The position numbers and the translations under genes were made by a program. Shown piece by piece: positions 61,401 to 64,000 of a stretch of 64,000 nt of DNA. Under the pieces are notes generated by a model. The model had not been told where the DNA came from and ran no database searches. It saw only the letters and a list, made by a program, of their open reading frames with translations. Numbering within the stretch: position 1 is the stretch's first letter; each line of letters starts with the position of its first letter. The DNA comes from Laetmonice hystrix (lineage: Eukaryota), in NCBI GenBank assembly GCA_965235115.1, contig OZ249436.1:1056001-1120000 (forward strand), given 5' to 3'.

Positions 61401-63877
61401 ACTCTACAACAATACAGAGATATTGGTATACATCTGGCCTTGTCCTCACACGGAAAGTATCCCGGCCCGCACTCTACAACAATACAGAGATATTGGTACA
61501 TCTGGCCTTGTCCTCACACGGAAAGTATCCCGGCCCGCACTCTACAACAATACAGAGATATTGGTATACATCTGGCCTTGTCCTCACACGGAAAGTATCC
61601 CGCCACGCACTCTACAACAATACAGAGATATTGGTATACATCTGGCCTTGTCCTCACACGGAAAGTATCCCGGCCCGCACTCTACAACAATACAGAGATA
61701 TTGGTATACATCTGGCCTTGTCCTCACACGGAAAGTATCCCGGCCCGCACTCTACAACAATACAGAGATATTGGTATACATCTGGCCTTGTCCTCACACG
61801 GAAAGTATCCCGGCCCGCACTCTACAACAATACAGAGATATTGGTACATCTGGCCTTGTCCTCACACGGAAAGTATCCCGGCCCGCACTCTACAACAATA
61901 CAGAGATATTGGTATACATCTGGCCTTGTCCTCACACGGAAAGTATCCCGCCACGCACTCTACAACAATACAGAGATATTGGTATACATCTGGCCTTGTC
62001 CTGACACGGAAAGTATCCCGGCCCACAGTCTACAACAATACAGAGATATTGGTATACATCTGGCCTTGTCCTCACACGGAAAGTATCCCGGCCCGCACTC
62101 TACAACAATACAGAGATATTGGTATACATCTGGCCTTGTCCTCACACGGAAAGTATCCCGGCCCGCACTCTACAACAATACAGAGATATTAACAGTTACC
62201 CCATGTTTGCTTACGTAGTACGGATTATAACCTAGCCTTGGTTGGCCATACCACATGAGGGCAAAACCCGAATGTGGTATGGCCAACCAAGGCTAGGTTA
62301 TAATCCGTACTACGTAAAAGCAAACATGGGGCAACGATTTTATCACAGTTCCAGTCCTCACATTAGATTAGATGTAGTCATTAAATTCGGCAAAACGCCT
62401 TTTGAAGTTTTGCAGTCATTTACACTGTGGCCACAGGCACAGGCATGTCTGCTATAATTGTGACGTCACAGTATCGGAGCTGCAGCCAAAACGGTAGGAT
62501 AGAAAATTATCACAGTTCCAGCAACAATGCCGCTTTCTGATTGGTCCAGGCCCACGCGATATGAAGCCGTACTCGGTGACATCGCACCAAACGGGTAGGA
62601 TGGGCCATCCTATAGTAGTAGTCGTCGCGCCATCTGCCGGTCAAACAGGTCATTTTTCTATCCTACCGTTTTGGCTGCAGCGCCCTGTGCCTCGTTTTCA
62701 TGGTGGCGTAGATCTATGCAAACACAGCGCGATGGCAGCGAATGACTGCAAAACTTCCAAAAGTCGTTTTGCCGAATTCAATGACCACGTCTATAATGTG
62801 AGGATTGGAACTGTGATAAAATCGTTGCCCCATGTTTGCTTTTACGAAGTACGGAGTATAACCTAGCCTTGGTTGGCCATACCACATTCGGGCTTCGCCC
62901 TCATGTGGTATGGCCAACCAAGGCTAGGTTATATTCCGTACTACGTAAGCAAACATGGGGTAACTGTTAATGACCTGTTTGACCGGCAGATGGCGCGACG
63001 ACTACTACTATAGGATGGCCCATCCTACCCGTTTGGTGCGATGTTACCGAGTACGGCTTCATATCGCGTGGGCCTGGACCAATCAGAAAGCGGCATTGTT
63101 ACTGGAACTGTGATAATGGTATACATCTGGCCTTGTCCCCGCACGGAAAGTATCCCGGCCCGCACTCTACAACAATACAGAGATATTGGTATACATCTGG
63201 CCTTGTCCCCAAACGGAAAGTATCCCGGCCCGCACTCTACAACAACACAGAGATATTGGTATACATCTGGCCTTGTCCTCACACGGAAAGTATTCCGGCC
63301 CGCACTCTACAACAATACAGAGATATTGGTATACATCTGGCCTTGTCCTCACACGGAAAGTATCCCGGCCCGTACTCTTTAGCTGACGGATATATAATTA
63401 TATATAACGCTAACACCCGAATGTCACAGAATGAAGGGTGACAAGTCGGTGGTGACAGCTAGTGACACCTGGTGACAGGTAGTGACACCTACCGCAGGAT
63501 TTCTCGTCACTGCCGTCAAAACAATCGTTGGTGCCGTCACAGACGTGGTCGATCGACACGCACACTTTGTTCACACACTGGAATTCGTCCGAGCTACACG
63601 TTTCACGAACTCCTGTAAACAAAATGTCATCTTTTATCTCTCACTCAGGAAACCTAATTTAAAAGCACCTGGATTGTAATTTACACGAATAATTTAGGAA
63701 TTGAACCAGATTCCCCAGAGATCCCCAATTTCATGTAGAGAAGCTAAACAAACGGTACGCACTGGATTGGATAGTCTCACACATTACACTGTAGATATGG
63801 TTCCTATTGACGAGATGGCAGGGCTGGGAAATCACGCTGTAGTTTGCCACTTCATCCAGACGATGTTGTTTAGAGAT
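52379..63877 (-). CDS. GRL101/LGR-like GPCR, copy B (inverted paralogue, 5' part outside window)
   Basis: Minus-strand exons: 63763-63877, 63493-63612, 61153-61263, 60771-60893, 59364-59480, 57366-57593, 56315-56446, 55823-55933, 54698-55735, 54429-54537, 54213-54336, 53779-53924, 52379-52523 ([15 protein letters not shown]). Most exon lengths equal those of copy A, and ORF 54588-55730 is almost identical to 40346-41473. Confidence 0.88.
52640..53134. mobile_element. TTAA-flanked MITE
   Basis: ttaa|aggggcacattatga ... tcatagcatacccct|ttaa. Confidence 0.65.
53333..53686. mobile_element. MITE
   Basis: ccagacccgtacgtagg / cctgcgtacgggcctgg. Confidence 0.6.
56759..56977. mobile_element. Short Harbinger-like MITE
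   Basis: aagcccggcgcacactgtggag / ctccacagtgtgcggcggactt. Confidence 0.6.
59470..60630. repeat. ~74-bp acceptor/exon-start array, ~15 copies (copy B)
   Basis: Reverse complement of the 35690-36546 unit. Confidence 0.95.
61198..63380. repeat. 70-bp LDLa exon array (copy B), split by an insertion
   Basis: Reverse complement of the 33842-35168 unit: about 14 units, an insertion at 62190-63116, then about 4 units. Confidence 0.95.
62190..63116. mobile_element. Non-coding insertion with interleaved inverted repeats and no target duplication
   Basis: 62190-62420 is inverted at about 62740-62970, and 62507-62652 is inverted at 62970-63116. Inserted in gagatat|tggtatac of one array unit. Confidence 0.75.
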
Positions 63878-64000
63878 CTGGAAGAAAGGTGTCTGGGATA
63901 AGTACAAACCGACTCCCGCCAATTAATACTTCATTCTGAACATTCAATAAGGAGTCTTTGAATGCGCTCCTCGTCACCTTTACAACTTTACTACAAAGCT

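Overview
Repeat-rich invertebrate (metazoan, probably lophotrochozoan; inference) genomic DNA with spliceosomal introns. The main content is two convergent paralogues of a GRL101/LGR-type leucine-rich-repeat GPCR. Copy A (+ strand, about 14672-43636) can be assembled by hand into 35 phase-compatible exons, about 2035 aa: signal peptide, C-type lectin, EGF, 5 CUB, 2 more C-type lectins, about 7 LDLa, LRRs, 7TM. Copy B (- strand, 52379 to beyond 63877) is 5'-truncated by the window, nearly identical in patches, and has a different C-tail. Many minisatellites are built from the receptor's own splice-acceptor/exon starts or its stop codon. The first 14 kb holds a candidate ~315-nt highly structured ncRNA with a U6-type promoter layout, a 106-aa orphan gene, a small spliced unit, and a LINE ORF1-like/NADAR fusion split by a MITE. 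MITEs, a Harbinger remnant and satellites fill introns and the intergenic spacer. All calls were made by eye; no searches or folding programs were run.
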